A stretch of 64,000 bases of DNA from an uncultured Sphingobacteriales bacterium. GTDB lineage: Bacteria; Bacteroidota; Bacteroidia; CAILMK01; CAYYUA01. Numbering within the stretch: position 1 is the first letter of the stretch; each line of letters starts with the position of its first letter. Where the stretch lies: assembly GCA_964542585.1 (NCBI GenBank), contig CAZIUI010000015.1:1164-65163 (forward strand), read 5' to 3'. Below the pieces are notes generated by a model that had not been told where the DNA came from, ran no database searches, and worked only from the letters and a program-made list of their open reading frames with translations. Of this stretch, positions 29,740 to 40,336 are shown one piece after another. A program made the translations under genes and the position numbers.

Positions 29740-30213
29740 ATGATAAAAGTTTGGATATACCAATCAAACAGAAGACTATCCAGCCAAGAAGAAGCTGGCA
29801 TAAAAGGGGAAGTCAATAATTTCTTAAACGATTGGCAAACACATGGTAAACCCATGGCGGCTGAATTTGAAATTAGGCATCACCTATTTTTGATCCTCAA
29901 AGTTGACGAAGATTACCAAGCACCCAGTGGTTGTGCCATTGATAAGTCTGTGGCTTTATTCAAATACATTGTGCAGAGCTACGATATTGAACTTTTTGAT
30001 CGCCACCAATTTGCTTATGAATATCAAGGGCAAGTGATCAATGATCGCCTGACCAATCTTAACCAACTAGTACAGCAAGGCTACATCACAGATGAAACCA
30101 TGGTGTATAACAACCTCGTCAGCAGCCTTCCCGAGCTTGAAAGTCAATTCCGTATTCCTTTTAAGGATAGTTGGCATCGGAATATGGTAAGCAAATCAGC
30201 CTTTACTGCCTAA
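29740..30213 (+). CDS. Hypothetical protein (157 aa)
   Basis: Intact ORF with no recognised motif. Confidence 0.4.
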   Translation: MIKVWIYQSNRRLSSQEEAGIKGEVNNFLNDWQTHGKPMAAEFEIRHHLFLILKVDEDYQAPSGCAIDKSVALFKYIVQSYDIELFDRHQFAYEYQGQVINDRLTNLNQLVQQGYITDETMVYNNLVSSLPELESQFRIPFKDSWHRNMVSKSAFTA

Positions 30214-30291
30214 ACCTGACTTAAGCTGCTTTACCTATTCAGTAAGTCCGCTTAAGGGAAATTGCAGTGCTTTTTTGCCTTAAGGCTATTT

Positions 30292-32544
30292 TTAAGGGGT
30301 GATAACCAGCCGCTTGCGTCTAATTAGTCTCCCATCATTATTAGTAAGGGTTGTGATATAAAGGCCAGGATTGAGGCGCTTTAGCTGTAATTTATGATGG
30401 GATGTTTGGCCTCTGAGCTCTTTGACCATAACCATACGCCCTTTTAGGTCTCTTACGCGGAAGGTAAAAGCTCCTTCTGAAGTCTTGGGGGATTGCCATT
30501 CGAGGTTAACTGCATTTGAAGCCGGATTCGGATAAATCTTGTAGTTCAGATTGCGTCTGGTTTTTGTGGCAACTTTTGTGATATCCTTTACCGTATCTCG
30601 TTTGGCTTGGGTTCCAAGGTAAACCAATCCACCCCGCGAATTGCCAAGGTAAATATCCGGAAAGGAATCTGTTCCCTGACTGTTTATTGCCGGGATTAAA
30701 AATTGCCCGATCTGCTTAACCTTTTGCCGAGGTTTGCTTGGAAATTGAATATTGGGCGATGTTTCCTTGAAAGGCTTTTTACCGATGGCCGATTGAAAAT
30801 TGTAATAAAATTGTAATCCTGAACTGCGGGTTCCTAAAATCATGTCAAGTTTGCCATTCTGATCAAGGTCGGTTACAGCAGGTCGCAAAAAAGAGAACCG
30901 TTCTTGCTGAATGCCTCCTAATGTATCCGTAATCTTAGTAAATGATGGGTTGCCGGAATTGTTGTTGTTTTGTCGGAAGTAGAAGAGGTTCTGGAAACTA
31001 GCCCCGACAATAAGGTCATTAAAGCCGTCTTCGTTAATGTCAGCTATAGCCGGCGAACTGCCCCTTCCCACATTTATGCTGTCCAGAAACTTCGTTTGAA
31101 GACTGAATTGCGCTTGCTCTCCGGGATTTGATTGGTTTTGGTAGTAATGGAGTCGCCCTTTATTCGTGCCAAGCACCAAATCTGGTGCTCTATCCTGGTT
31201 AAGGTCCCCGACTGCAAGGGATTGCAGCAGGAGGCTATCGTCTTTAAGTTTCAGGTAATTACTGTTTTGGATTTGATAAACAGGCTTTTCATTAGTGCCT
31301 TTGTTTTTGTAGAGTATCAGGTAACTACCCCCATTATCAGTATTTTGGCTTGTGGCTACTAACAGATCTTCTACGCCATCTCCGTCAAAATCAAGGAAAG
31401 CAGGCGCTGTTCCGCCACCAAGGTCAACCATGGTATTTTGTAAGATGTCATTGCTTTTAAAGGTAAATTTGGGATCAGCTTTGGTACCAGTATTTTCATA
31501 GTACCAAAGTTGGTCCTTGACCCGTCCATTGACTTCTTCCTGAGGCGTTACCAATAAATCCTTCAGGGAATCGCCTGACATTTCCGGCCTAAAAGCGGCA
31601 GGGAATTCCTTTAAATCAACAGCCTTTCCTTTTGGGAATTTTTTTGTTGCTCTGGTAAAGGTGTCAAGGGAATAGTTATTATCTGCTTTTCCATTTTCGA
31701 GATAAACAATATTTTTAAAACTTACATCTCCATATATCATATCTTGATCACCATCATTGTTCTTATCCAAGAGCATTATATTGGCTCCAGCGTGTTTTTT
31801 ACCAGTTCGCCGAAAATCAGGACAGTTGAAATTAATATCTGGAATACCCGTACCTGCTCCGGATTCTTTAAAGCTCCCAAAACAAGCATTGGTAAGCTCA
31901 AAATTTAGGCTATCCCGGGTATTCGTAGATGCTTCCATGGCTAAATTCCGGTATAGCGTCAAGTATGAGCTGCTAAAGGTCAGGATATCTAAATCCCCAT
32001 CATTGTCCACATCGGTAATTCCGGGAATATCGGTAGGTGGGGTAAACACCCTTGCCGAGCAGGTATCCGGACAAAAAACCACATCTCGCGCCATAAGCTC
32101 ATCGTCTACCAATCTAAACTTGAGATTGGAGTCATCGGTCTGCTTATAAACTGCCAGACCGCCACCTTGGTTATAGAAGAGGTCGTTGCGCCCGTCTCCA
32201 TTGTAATCCCTTACTTTTAAAGCTTCAAAAAGATTGCTTTTCGGAAATTCAGCCTTGTAAGCTGGAGCGTAGGTGTAATACAGATTTTCCCCTTTTCTTC
32301 TTGCTTCAAAGGGCAATATACTGCCATCCCGTCCATCAAATACTACTAAGTCCTGCTGTCCATCCTTATTGAGGTCAATGTTGTAAACCTGTGGATTTCT
32401 TAACCCCCCTGCAAAAGCGTTGGGTAGCGTATCATTAAATTGATTTAAGAATCGCGGGGTATTACTCAAGTAGTAGTTAGGGCTAGTATTCTGAGCTAGC
32501 ATTGTTAACGGAAATAACGTAAGGAGTAAAAAACATGTACGCAT
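30292..32544 (-). CDS. Secreted FG-GAP/VCBS-repeat (integrin-alpha-like beta-propeller) protein with T9SS type-A CTD
   Basis: Signal peptide. Repeated Ca-binding-like DxNxDGxxDL motifs (DLNKDGQQDLVVFDG, DYNGDGRNDLF, DVDNDGDLDIL, DFDGDGVEDLLV, DINEDGFNDLIVG). C-terminus YKIYPNPASNAVNLEW...FTFRVRDLKGRMV...GLYITTLTNNDG is a T9SS CTD. Confidence 0.75.
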   Translation of the reverse strand: MRTCFLLLTLFPLTMLAQNTSPNYYLSNTPRFLNQFNDTLPNAFAGGLRNPQVYNIDLNKDGQQDLVVFDGRDGSILPFEARRKGENLYYTYAPAYKAEFPKSNLFEALKVRDYNGDGRNDLFYNQGGGLAVYKQTDDSNLKFRLVDDELMARDVVFCPDTCSARVFTPPTDIPGITDVDNDGDLDILTFSSSYLTLYRNLAMEASTNTRDSLNFELTNACFGSFKESGAGTGIPDINFNCPDFRRTGKKHAGANIMLLDKNNDGDQDMIYGDVSFKNIVYLENGKADNNYSLDTFTRATKKFPKGKAVDLKEFPAAFRPEMSGDSLKDLLVTPQEEVNGRVKDQLWYYENTGTKADPKFTFKSNDILQNTMVDLGGGTAPAFLDFDGDGVEDLLVATSQNTDNGGSYLILYKNKGTNEKPVYQIQNSNYLKLKDDSLLLQSLAVGDLNQDRAPDLVLGTNKGRLHYYQNQSNPGEQAQFSLQTKFLDSINVGRGSSPAIADINEDGFNDLIVGASFQNLFYFRQNNNNSGNPSFTKITDTLGGIQQERFSFLRPAVTDLDQNGKLDMILGTRSSGLQFYYNFQSAIGKKPFKETSPNIQFPSKPRQKVKQIGQFLIPAINSQGTDSFPDIYLGNSRGGLVYLGTQAKRDTVKDITKVATKTRRNLNYKIYPNPASNAVNLEWQSPKTSEGAFTFRVRDLKGRMVMVKELRGQTSHHKLQLKRLNPGLYITTLTNNDGRLIRRKRLVITP

Positions 32545-32885
32545 AATGCTTTTTTTAAATAAAACCTGGTTGAATCAAGAATTCTTGCTAAGATCGATTG
32601 TAGTGGATTAACAAAAAGTAACCATTTATCGCTTCATTTTACTGGTTATTTTTAATGTAGTTCTTTAAAAAGGTTTTTAGATTTTAAGGGTAATTAATAT
32701 AGATTTTTTTGCCAATCCAAGAACGATTATAAGTCAACTATCATTCAAAAAACGGCGTTTTTTAAAGATTTGATCATGACTTTCATCATAAGCTGAAAAT
32801 GGAAGTACTAAGCTAAAAGAATATGAGGGGCACTTCTTAAGTGTAAGCGGTTAATCTTACCTTCGTAAAGACTCATATTGCTTTT

Positions 32886-34208
32886 ATGACCCTTTTGGAG
32901 GAGCTCTATTCCGTATTTTTAGCATGCAATGATGTTGTGATAGACTCCCGGAAAGTGGGAAATGGCAGTTTGTTTTTTGCGCTGAAGGGAACAAAGGTTG
33001 ATGGTAACCTTTATGCTGCTGATGCGATACAACGTGGAGCCAAAGGAGTGGTGGTGGATAAGCCTGAAATTATACCTGGCGATCCTGAAAAAAGCGCTTA
33101 TTATTTTCTGGTGCCCAATGCTTTAACAACCCTTCAACAGTTAGCCACTTTCCACCGTAGCCATTTTAGTTTGCCAGTCATAGCTATTGCTGGATCAAAC
33201 GGTAAAACCACCACAAAAGCCCTGATAAGCCATTTACTCGAACAGGCTTACACCGTTCATACCACTCCTGGTAATTGGAACAATTACATTGGCCTACCCC
33301 TTACGCTTTTACATTTAAATACTGAACATGAAATAGCACTGTTGGAACTTGGCGCTAATCAGCCAGGAGAATACCAACAACTGTGCGAAATGGCCCAGCC
33401 GACTCATGGGTTGATCACCAATATTGGTAAAGATCACCTGGAGGGCTATGGGGATTTTCATGGTGTAGTGAAAGCGCATGAGGAGGTTGTGGAATACTTG
33501 AGATCGAATAATGGAACCTTGTTTTTAAATGTAACGGATCCTGCTTTAAGGAAGATTGGTGTAGATCTGGATGTGGTTAGGTATGGCTCCTATGATATTG
33601 ACGTAGCTGTTGAGGTGGAATACAAGGGCCAATTACTTGAAAGTGCTCCCTACCTGAAATTGATGGTTCAACCACAAGGGAATCACCCGTCATATTTGCT
33701 CTCTACTAGCTTATATGGGAGTTATAACTTCACCAATGCTATGGCAGGTGTTTGTGTGGGTCATACTTTTGGGATAGCAACCGGGCAAATACAGCGGGGC
33801 ATTGGCCATTATGAGCCTGGGAATAACCGATCGCAACAGCTTATTTACCGTCAAGCGCATGTCATTCTGGATGCATACAATGCCAACCCATCCAGCATGA
33901 CCATGGCTATTAATGACCTGGAAAGCTTAGAAGTTACATGCCGGATAGCTATACTTGGTGATATGCACGAACTAGGAGAGCACGCCCAAACGGAGCACAA
34001 GAAAATTTTGGAAATGATAGCCACATGCACATTTGAGGCGGCTATGGTTGGTCCCATGTTTTACCAGTTCAGCCATGAATACAGCTGGTCATTTTTCCCG
34101 GATAAACCCGCTTTGCAAGCTTGGTGGCAGGAAAAAGACCTTCAGGGATGTTGGGTGCTGATCAAAGCTTCTCGAGCCCTGGCTCTGGAGACCCTGATTC
34201 AGGATTAA
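32886..34208 (+). CDS. murF: UDP-N-acetylmuramoyl-tripeptide--D-alanyl-D-alanine ligase
   Basis: Mur ligase P-loop IAIAGSNGKTTTKALISHLL. ITNIGKDHLEGYG. MurF-type N-terminus (VIDSRKV..G.LFFAL.G...DGN.Y). Confidence 0.85.
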   Translation: MTLLEELYSVFLACNDVVIDSRKVGNGSLFFALKGTKVDGNLYAADAIQRGAKGVVVDKPEIIPGDPEKSAYYFLVPNALTTLQQLATFHRSHFSLPVIAIAGSNGKTTTKALISHLLEQAYTVHTTPGNWNNYIGLPLTLLHLNTEHEIALLELGANQPGEYQQLCEMAQPTHGLITNIGKDHLEGYGDFHGVVKAHEEVVEYLRSNNGTLFLNVTDPALRKIGVDLDVVRYGSYDIDVAVEVEYKGQLLESAPYLKLMVQPQGNHPSYLLSTSLYGSYNFTNAMAGVCVGHTFGIATGQIQRGIGHYEPGNNRSQQLIYRQAHVILDAYNANPSSMTMAINDLESLEVTCRIAILGDMHELGEHAQTEHKKILEMIATCTFEAAMVGPMFYQFSHEYSWSFFPDKPALQAWWQEKDLQGCWVLIKASRALALETLIQD

Positions 34209-34591
34209 GTACCAAGGACAAGATTCGCGAATTCGTGGAATTCATTTTTTAGTTGCTCATACGCTTTTCTGAAGTTGTTCAATTCTTCATGCTTACTGTG
34301 ATGATCTTCATTGATATGCACACGGGTGCGTTCTGCTAGTTGCTCTCGCTGAGCCAGTTCCCGCTCGTGCTTGTAGATACCGTAGCGCAGTTCATCTATC
34401 TGCTCTAAAGTATCAAAAAAGCGCCGCTTAAATGTGACAATCTTTTGATGGTAATGGTCTTCCGTATCTCTGGCCGCGATCTGAGCTAGCTGATTTTGAT
34501 AGTATTTCAGCTCATCATGGTAGAAATTAAGATCTGTTAGCCATTGCCGGTGTTCTTGGTGAATTTGCTGGTAAGATTTTGGCGCGTCCAT
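34205..34591 (-). CDS. Hypothetical His-rich coiled-coil protein (128 aa)
   Basis: Intact ORF overlapping the murF stop by 4 bp (convergent). Charged and helical composition. Confidence 0.4.
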   Translation of the reverse strand: MDAPKSYQQIHQEHRQWLTDLNFYHDELKYYQNQLAQIAARDTEDHYHQKIVTFKRRFFDTLEQIDELRYGIYKHERELAQREQLAERTRVHINEDHHSKHEELNNFRKAYEQLKNEFHEFANLVLGT

Positions 34592-34660
34592 AACGGTAAT
34601 TTTTTAATAGTTCAAAGCAAAGTTATTAGTTATTGTCAAGCACTTTTCAGATACATGGTA

Positions 34661-35140
34661 TCAAGGTTTTAATAAACGGTAAGGAACCCAAGCAAATAAG
34701 CATGCTGTAAGGGTAAGCAGGCCTAGCATACTCCAATATACCCAACCTAGAAAAGTTTTTAAAGTGTCTCCATAATAAACGATTAGTGAAACTGTAAGGA
34801 TATTAGCTAACAGGGCCAGAAGAACAAGGGAACCGGCTAATACGAATGCCCATTTAAGCGACCGTAAAGCACCATAGCTCCCAATCAGTAATAATGAGAA
34901 GTAAATTGATAGTAGCCAAAAACCCTTTTGAACTTGCTTTAAAATAAGGGTGGGTATACTTTGGCTTTCCGGGGATTGCGCTGCTAATTTCAGGTAATCG
35001 GCTAAAGGTCCCGTGATGATCCAAAATCCAGCGTTAAATAGGACACTCACTAAAAGACCATAAATGCTGAACCAGAATAGCAATTGTAAAAGGAATTGCT
35101 TTCTTGGTGATGGATCAAGGCTAACAGGTTGAATATTCAT
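34661..35140 (-). CDS. Hypothetical integral membrane protein (about 4 TM)
   Basis: 159 aa with four hydrophobic helices. Confidence 0.45.
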   Translation of the reverse strand: MNIQPVSLDPSPRKQFLLQLLFWFSIYGLLVSVLFNAGFWIITGPLADYLKLAAQSPESQSIPTLILKQVQKGFWLLSIYFSLLLIGSYGALRSLKWAFVLAGSLVLLALLANILTVSLIVYYGDTLKTFLGWVYWSMLGLLTLTACLFAWVPYRLLKP

Positions 35141-35273
35141 TTTTTGAAAAGGACTTAAACGGTGATGGTCAACATACGTTTAATTTAAAATACTTACTTG
35201 GGCTCAATGGAATTACGCAGCAAGGCTTGTAATTTTGCCCATTGCCTTTTCAAAACTAAAAATAGACGGCATC

Positions 35274-36416
35274 ATGGAGTTTGCGCTGACAGAAGAACAT
35301 CAAATGATCCAAGAGGCGGCAAAAGATATTGCACAAAAAGACCTGGCATCTGATATCATTGAGCGAGATAAAGAGGCCATTTATCCGACTAAGCATATCA
35401 AAAAGTTAGCCGAGCATGGCTTTATGGGAATGATGGTTTCCCCGGAATATGGCGGTAGTGGCATGGATACGATCTCCTATGTACTTGCCATGGAGGAACT
35501 TTCAAAAATTGACCCATCGACTTCTGTTATCATGTCGGTTAACAATTCCCTTGTTTGCTGGGGATTGGAAACTTATGGCTCAGAGGAGCAGAAGCAGAAA
35601 TACCTGAAGCCCTTGGCCACCGGGGAAAAAACTGGGGCTTTTTGCCTTTCAGAACCGGAAGCAGGCTCCGATGCCACTCAGCAACAGACCTCAGCCGAAG
35701 ATAAAGGCGATCACTATGTAATAAACGGCACTAAAAACTGGATTACCAATGGCGGTCATGCGGATATCTTTTTAGTGATGGCCCAGAGTGACCCTGAAAA
35801 AGGCGCCAAAGGAATAAATGCGTTTATCGTTGAAGCTGACCAAAAAGGGATTACCATTGGTAAAGAAGAAGATAAGATGGGTATTCGTAGTTCGGATACC
35901 CACTCCATAATGTTTGATGACGTTGAGGTTCCCAAGGAAAACCTGATCCATAAAGATGGTGCAGGCTTTAAGTTTGCCATGAAGACCCTGGAAGGAGGTC
36001 GAATAGGAATTGCTGCGCAGGCATTGGGTATTGCCTCTGGAGCCTATGAACTATCCCTGAAATACTCACAAGAGCGCAAGGCTTTCAGTAAAGAAATTTA
36101 TAAGCACCAAAGTATTGCTTTTAAGCTGGCGGAAATGGCTACAAGGATTGAAGCTGCTCGGAACCTTACAATGAAGGCCGCTTGGTTAAAAGATCAACAT
36201 CAGGATTACAGCACAGCTAGCAGCATGGCTAAGCTTTATGCATCTGAAGCGGCCATGGATATCTCAACAGAAGCCGTCCAGGTGCATGGAGGTTATGGCT
36301 ACGTCCGTGAATATCATGTAGAGCGACTGATGCGGGATGCCAAAATCACCCAGATCTATGAGGGAACTTCAGAAGTTCAAAGGGTCGTGATTTCGAGAGC
36401 TGTGTTGGATAATTAA
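35274..36416 (+). CDS. Acyl-CoA dehydrogenase (short/butyryl-chain type)
   Basis: MEFALTEEHQMIQEAA N-terminus typical of ACADs. FAD/substrate region GAFCLSEPEAGSDA. C-terminal YEGTSEVQR. Start set at ATG 35274. The ORF-track start 35235 adds 13 atypical residues. Confidence 0.85.
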   Translation: MEFALTEEHQMIQEAAKDIAQKDLASDIIERDKEAIYPTKHIKKLAEHGFMGMMVSPEYGGSGMDTISYVLAMEELSKIDPSTSVIMSVNNSLVCWGLETYGSEEQKQKYLKPLATGEKTGAFCLSEPEAGSDATQQQTSAEDKGDHYVINGTKNWITNGGHADIFLVMAQSDPEKGAKGINAFIVEADQKGITIGKEEDKMGIRSSDTHSIMFDDVEVPKENLIHKDGAGFKFAMKTLEGGRIGIAAQALGIASGAYELSLKYSQERKAFSKEIYKHQSIAFKLAEMATRIEAARNLTMKAAWLKDQHQDYSTASSMAKLYASEAAMDISTEAVQVHGGYGYVREYHVERLMRDAKITQIYEGTSEVQRVVISRAVLDN

Positions 36417-36443
36417 TTGAGGTTCAAACACTAGTTTTTCCTG

Positions 36444-36481
36444 AAGCCCCGTTTCCTAGTAATACAGGAACGGGGCTTTTT
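36444..36481 (+). terminator. Rho-independent terminator downstream of the acyl-CoA dehydrogenase gene
   Basis: AAGCCCCGTTTCC-TAGTAATACA-GGAACGGGGCTT is a GC-rich ~12-bp stem with a one-base bulge, followed by TTTTT (36477-36481). Confidence 0.7.
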
Positions 36482-36544
36482 AATTGGGCATCGAAATGAA
36501 TTCTATTGGTATCTTCGTGAAAGAACGGCCACTTATTCTAAAGT

Positions 36545-37957
36545 ATGGAAATTGACGTTAGGCTTAGGACGGTAACTTTGTTAATACTTATGCTAACCAA
36601 TTTAAACAACCTAAATAGTCAAGAATTAACGTGGTCCGATCCCTTTCCAGGTGAGACTGACGGTTACAGGGCAGAGCTCATGGAGCCCGTGGCGGGTGAT
36701 TATCTTTTATTAGCTAAAAATGCTTATGAAAAAAACCGCTATATCCTCGGTTTTATCAACCGTGAAATGGAAGCAATACAGGTTAAGAAGTTGGTATTTC
36801 CAAATAACAGCCGGTTGATTAACCTTATAACCCAAGATGGTACTGCACTCATTTTCTACTACCAACAGTCTAAGGATTCTACCTTTCTGCAAAGCCAGCA
36901 ATACTGGCCAGCCAAGGATTCCCTGAGTTCTGCAGAAAGTATAATAAGCTTGAAGGGCGGAAATTACCGGGTTCACTTAGCGCCATCCTCAGATAGCTCG
37001 ATTAGTGGAATTTTCCTGAATCCTAAAAAGTTGGCCTTTCAAGTTTTTCATTTGAATAAGCGCGCGCAACCCACCATGGAAAAAAAAGTAAAGTTTGAAA
37101 AAGGAAGTGAAACACCTTTTGTAAAAGAGCTGACTGCGGTGAGGAACACGCTAGCTTTCACAAGCCAGTTACCGGATAAAAAGGATCACTTCTACTACCG
37201 CTTGGATAGTAACCAAAAGCTACACAATGTCCCACTTTTCAATGATAGCCTTTCAGTAGTAAAAAGCCGGCTGAGATTTGATCGGGTTAACGATCAATTC
37301 ATGGTGATAGGTTTATACAAGCTTAAAGGTAGTGAAAGCTTGAATGGATTAGTATTTTTACGCGAATCGGCTAAGGAGCAATATCTTCACTATGAGCGGT
37401 TCCCTAAGCGTTTGATCCAAGATGTTTTTGGGCAAAATACGATGAAGAAAGGCCTTACTAATTTTAGGTTAAGAAGTATCGTACCCCGCAGTGATGGTGG
37501 TGGGATTGTTTTTCTGGAGTCTTATAAAAAGGATAAGAAAATATACCATGACAGGGGTTACTTTGGTACTATCAACGAAACAGTTCGTGAATTCCATTAC
37601 TATGGGGAAGTAGTGATCTTAGCCATAAGTCCTGAAGGTCATATTCAATGGTCGAAAGTTCACAGGAAAAAGCAGAGCACTGTTAATGATAAAGGGCTTT
37701 ATTCATCCTTTTCCCATATGGTACAGAAAAACCGCTTAGTGTTCCTTTATAACAGCATCAGCAATAAGACCATGAACTTGCTTAGCTATTCGGTGATGCC
37801 ATCCGGGGATATGAAAGGAAAGTTATTGTTGAAAGACCGGTACGACCAATTGAGGCCCGTCCCGCGTAAAGCTTCACAGGTGGGGCCATCAACGGTGCTA
37901 ATGCCCATCATGAAAAATGACCGGTTTCATTTACTCAAGATAGATTTTAGCCGGTAA
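36545..37957 (+). CDS. Hypothetical secreted protein (470 aa)
   Basis: Signal-like N-terminus LLILMLTNLNNLNSQ. No recognised motif. Confidence 0.5.
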   Translation: MEIDVRLRTVTLLILMLTNLNNLNSQELTWSDPFPGETDGYRAELMEPVAGDYLLLAKNAYEKNRYILGFINREMEAIQVKKLVFPNNSRLINLITQDGTALIFYYQQSKDSTFLQSQQYWPAKDSLSSAESIISLKGGNYRVHLAPSSDSSISGIFLNPKKLAFQVFHLNKRAQPTMEKKVKFEKGSETPFVKELTAVRNTLAFTSQLPDKKDHFYYRLDSNQKLHNVPLFNDSLSVVKSRLRFDRVNDQFMVIGLYKLKGSESLNGLVFLRESAKEQYLHYERFPKRLIQDVFGQNTMKKGLTNFRLRSIVPRSDGGGIVFLESYKKDKKIYHDRGYFGTINETVREFHYYGEVVILAISPEGHIQWSKVHRKKQSTVNDKGLYSSFSHMVQKNRLVFLYNSISNKTMNLLSYSVMPSGDMKGKLLLKDRYDQLRPVPRKASQVGPSTVLMPIMKNDRFHLLKIDFSR

Positions 37958-38020
37958 TTTTACCTTTGGTTGCTATTTTTAAATACCAACAAATCACAAA
38001 TAACGTTAATCGAGTAGCCT

Positions 38021-39241
38021 ATGGATCGTCAAAAAGTAGCTTTCCAGAATGAATACGGTGAGCAGTTGGCTGCTTACCTGGATTTTCCGGTTGATCAGCG
38101 TCCAGTGGCTTATGCCTTATTTGCGCACTGCTTCACCTGTAATAAAAACCTAAAGGCTGTCAACAACATTTCCCGTTCATTGACGCAGAAAGGTTTTGCT
38201 GTATTGCGTTTTGACTTTACAGGATTAGGGGAAAGCGAGGGGGACTTTTCAGATACCAATTTCTCCTCTAACGTTACCGATCTTGTGCAAGCTAGCCAAT
38301 TTCTGAGAGAACACTATGAAGCTCCTGCTCTCTTGATGGGCCATTCCCTGGGGGGAGCAGCCGTCCTCCTGGCTGCGCATAAGATGCCGGAACTGAAAGC
38401 AATTGCTACCGTTGCTGCCCCCTCCAATCCCGATCATGTCACTAAGCATTTCCAGGATCAAATACCGGAGATAAAAGAAAAAGGTGAAGCCACTGTTAAT
38501 CTGGGGGGGCGTGATTTTACGATTCGCAAACAATTTGTGGATAACCTTGAACGGTCCAATCTTCAGGATTACATTTACAATCTTCGCAGACCTCTATTAA
38601 TCCTCCATTCCCCGTCTGATAAAACCGTAGGTATTGATAACGCTGGGGAGATCTTTCAGCATGCCCAGCATCCTAAGAGCTTTATAGCCTTGGATAATGC
38701 TGATCACTTATTGATGAAAAAAGAAGATTCCCTCCATGTGGGTGAGGTTGTGGCCTCATGGGCCGAACGCTACCTGCCTGCCCGGCAAGAGCAAGACTTA
38801 AGCACAGAAAAGCAGGCTGTGGCTCGTACTGATAAGTATTCCTTTACCACTGATGTGAAGACCGGGAACCATCACTTGCTGGTGGATGAGCCCACATCAG
38901 CCGGCGGTAATGAGCTTGGCCCCAATCCCTATGATTACCTCGCCACCGCCCTCGCTAGTTGCACCTCCTTAACATTACACATGTATGCAGGCCACAAGCA
39001 GCTGCCCCTTGAAGAAGTGCGAGTGCATGTACAGCATCAGAAAACCTATGATCAGGATTGTGACAATGCGGAGGACAAAGGCTCTAAGATTGACTTGCTG
39101 GAAAGAGAAATTGAGCTTTTTGGCGACTTGGATGAAAAACAACGGGAGCGCCTGGTCCAAATTGCTAATAAATGCCCTGTCCACCGAACCCTGAATTCTG
39201 ATATTAAAATTACCACTAACGAACGCCGGAACGAAGGATGA
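38021..39241 (+). CDS. Bifunctional alpha/beta-hydrolase / OsmC-family (peroxiredoxin-like) fusion protein
   Basis: GHSLGGAAVL nucleophile elbow (GxSxG) in the N-terminal ~260 aa. C-terminal GGNELGPNPYDYLATALASCTSLTLHMYA is the OsmC/Ohr two-Cys region. Confidence 0.7.
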   Translation: MDRQKVAFQNEYGEQLAAYLDFPVDQRPVAYALFAHCFTCNKNLKAVNNISRSLTQKGFAVLRFDFTGLGESEGDFSDTNFSSNVTDLVQASQFLREHYEAPALLMGHSLGGAAVLLAAHKMPELKAIATVAAPSNPDHVTKHFQDQIPEIKEKGEATVNLGGRDFTIRKQFVDNLERSNLQDYIYNLRRPLLILHSPSDKTVGIDNAGEIFQHAQHPKSFIALDNADHLLMKKEDSLHVGEVVASWAERYLPARQEQDLSTEKQAVARTDKYSFTTDVKTGNHHLLVDEPTSAGGNELGPNPYDYLATALASCTSLTLHMYAGHKQLPLEEVRVHVQHQKTYDQDCDNAEDKGSKIDLLEREIELFGDLDEKQRERLVQIANKCPVHRTLNSDIKITTNERRNEG

Positions 39242-39281
39242 ACCCTGGAATCATACGGGCTTACCCTTTAAAAGAGCATTT

Positions 39282-40331
39282 ATGCGGTTAATGTTAAAGT
39301 CTTTGCTTTTTAACACCCTTCTTTGTGTAAGTCCAGTGTTGCTTCAAGCGCAGATTGGTGGGGTGAGTGCTTTTCAGTTGTTGGATTTTCCAACATCAGC
39401 CAGAGCCGCTGCCATGGGGCAATATCACATTACGACCCGTAATGCTGATGTGAGTCTTGCATTGGAGAATCCGGCTTTACTAAATTCTCGTATGGATCAG
39501 CATGTGGCGTTAACCGGTAACAGCTACATAGGAGATACCAAATATGGGTCTGCTGTATATGCCCGGGAAGCTGATAATGGTACCATGATGATGGGTGGTC
39601 TGCAGTTCATGAACTACGGTTCCTTTACCCGTTCTAACAAGGTAGGCGACCGGCTGGGGGATTTTACCGCTGGTGACGCCAATTTACTGGTAGGAGCAGC
39701 CCGCGAATCGGGTCCATTTTCTATGGGATGGCGCCTGAATCTCATGTATAGCAGTCTTGAAAGTTACAGAGCTATTGCCACAGCCATGGACTTTGGCATA
39801 ACCTATCAGGATACGGGTAAGCTGGTAACTGCCTCTTTAGTGGCCAATAACCTCGGTATGATGTTATCCCCTTATGTGGAAAACCAGCCGGAGCCTTTGC
39901 CCTTGAACGTACAGCTAGGATTATCCAAGCGGTTCAAGCACGCGCCATTCAGGATTACGGTTTTGGCGCATCACTTGAATGTTCCGGATATGACAAAGCG
40001 GATTGCGGATCAAGGGCCATCAATTGGTGGACTTGGCAATGAGAGTAACCAAGGTAGCCCATCTTTAGGTGATAAAATTTTCCGCCATTTTATTTTGGGT
40101 GGCGAGCTCATCTTCTCCGAAAATATTCAACTGCGCTTTGCTTACAATCACCAGTTGCGCCAAACCATGGCTGTTGAAACCAACAAGGGTTTGGTTGGCT
40201 TTTCCGGAGGGGTAGGAATAGGCATTGGTAAGTTCACCATTAATTACGGGCTAGGAAGTTACCACCTAGCAGCTACCACCCACACTTTATCGGTGACTAC
40301 GGATCTGGAGGAAATATTTGTTACCCAATAA
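39282..40331 (+). CDS. Outer-membrane beta-barrel protein, PorQ-like type IX secretion system component
   Basis: Signal peptide. N-terminal GGVSAFQLLDFPTSARAAAMGQ...LENPALL matches the remembered PorQ family signature (G.SAF.FL..P.SAR.AALGG...NPALL). About 349 aa with beta-rich composition. Not PorP/SprF: no QQDPQFSQY start. Confidence 0.55.
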   Translation: MRLMLKSLLFNTLLCVSPVLLQAQIGGVSAFQLLDFPTSARAAAMGQYHITTRNADVSLALENPALLNSRMDQHVALTGNSYIGDTKYGSAVYAREADNGTMMMGGLQFMNYGSFTRSNKVGDRLGDFTAGDANLLVGAARESGPFSMGWRLNLMYSSLESYRAIATAMDFGITYQDTGKLVTASLVANNLGMMLSPYVENQPEPLPLNVQLGLSKRFKHAPFRITVLAHHLNVPDMTKRIADQGPSIGGLGNESNQGSPSLGDKIFRHFILGGELIFSENIQLRFAYNHQLRQTMAVETNKGLVGFSGGVGIGIGKFTINYGLGSYHLAATTHTLSVTTDLEEIFVTQ

Positions 40332-40336
40332 CGCCT

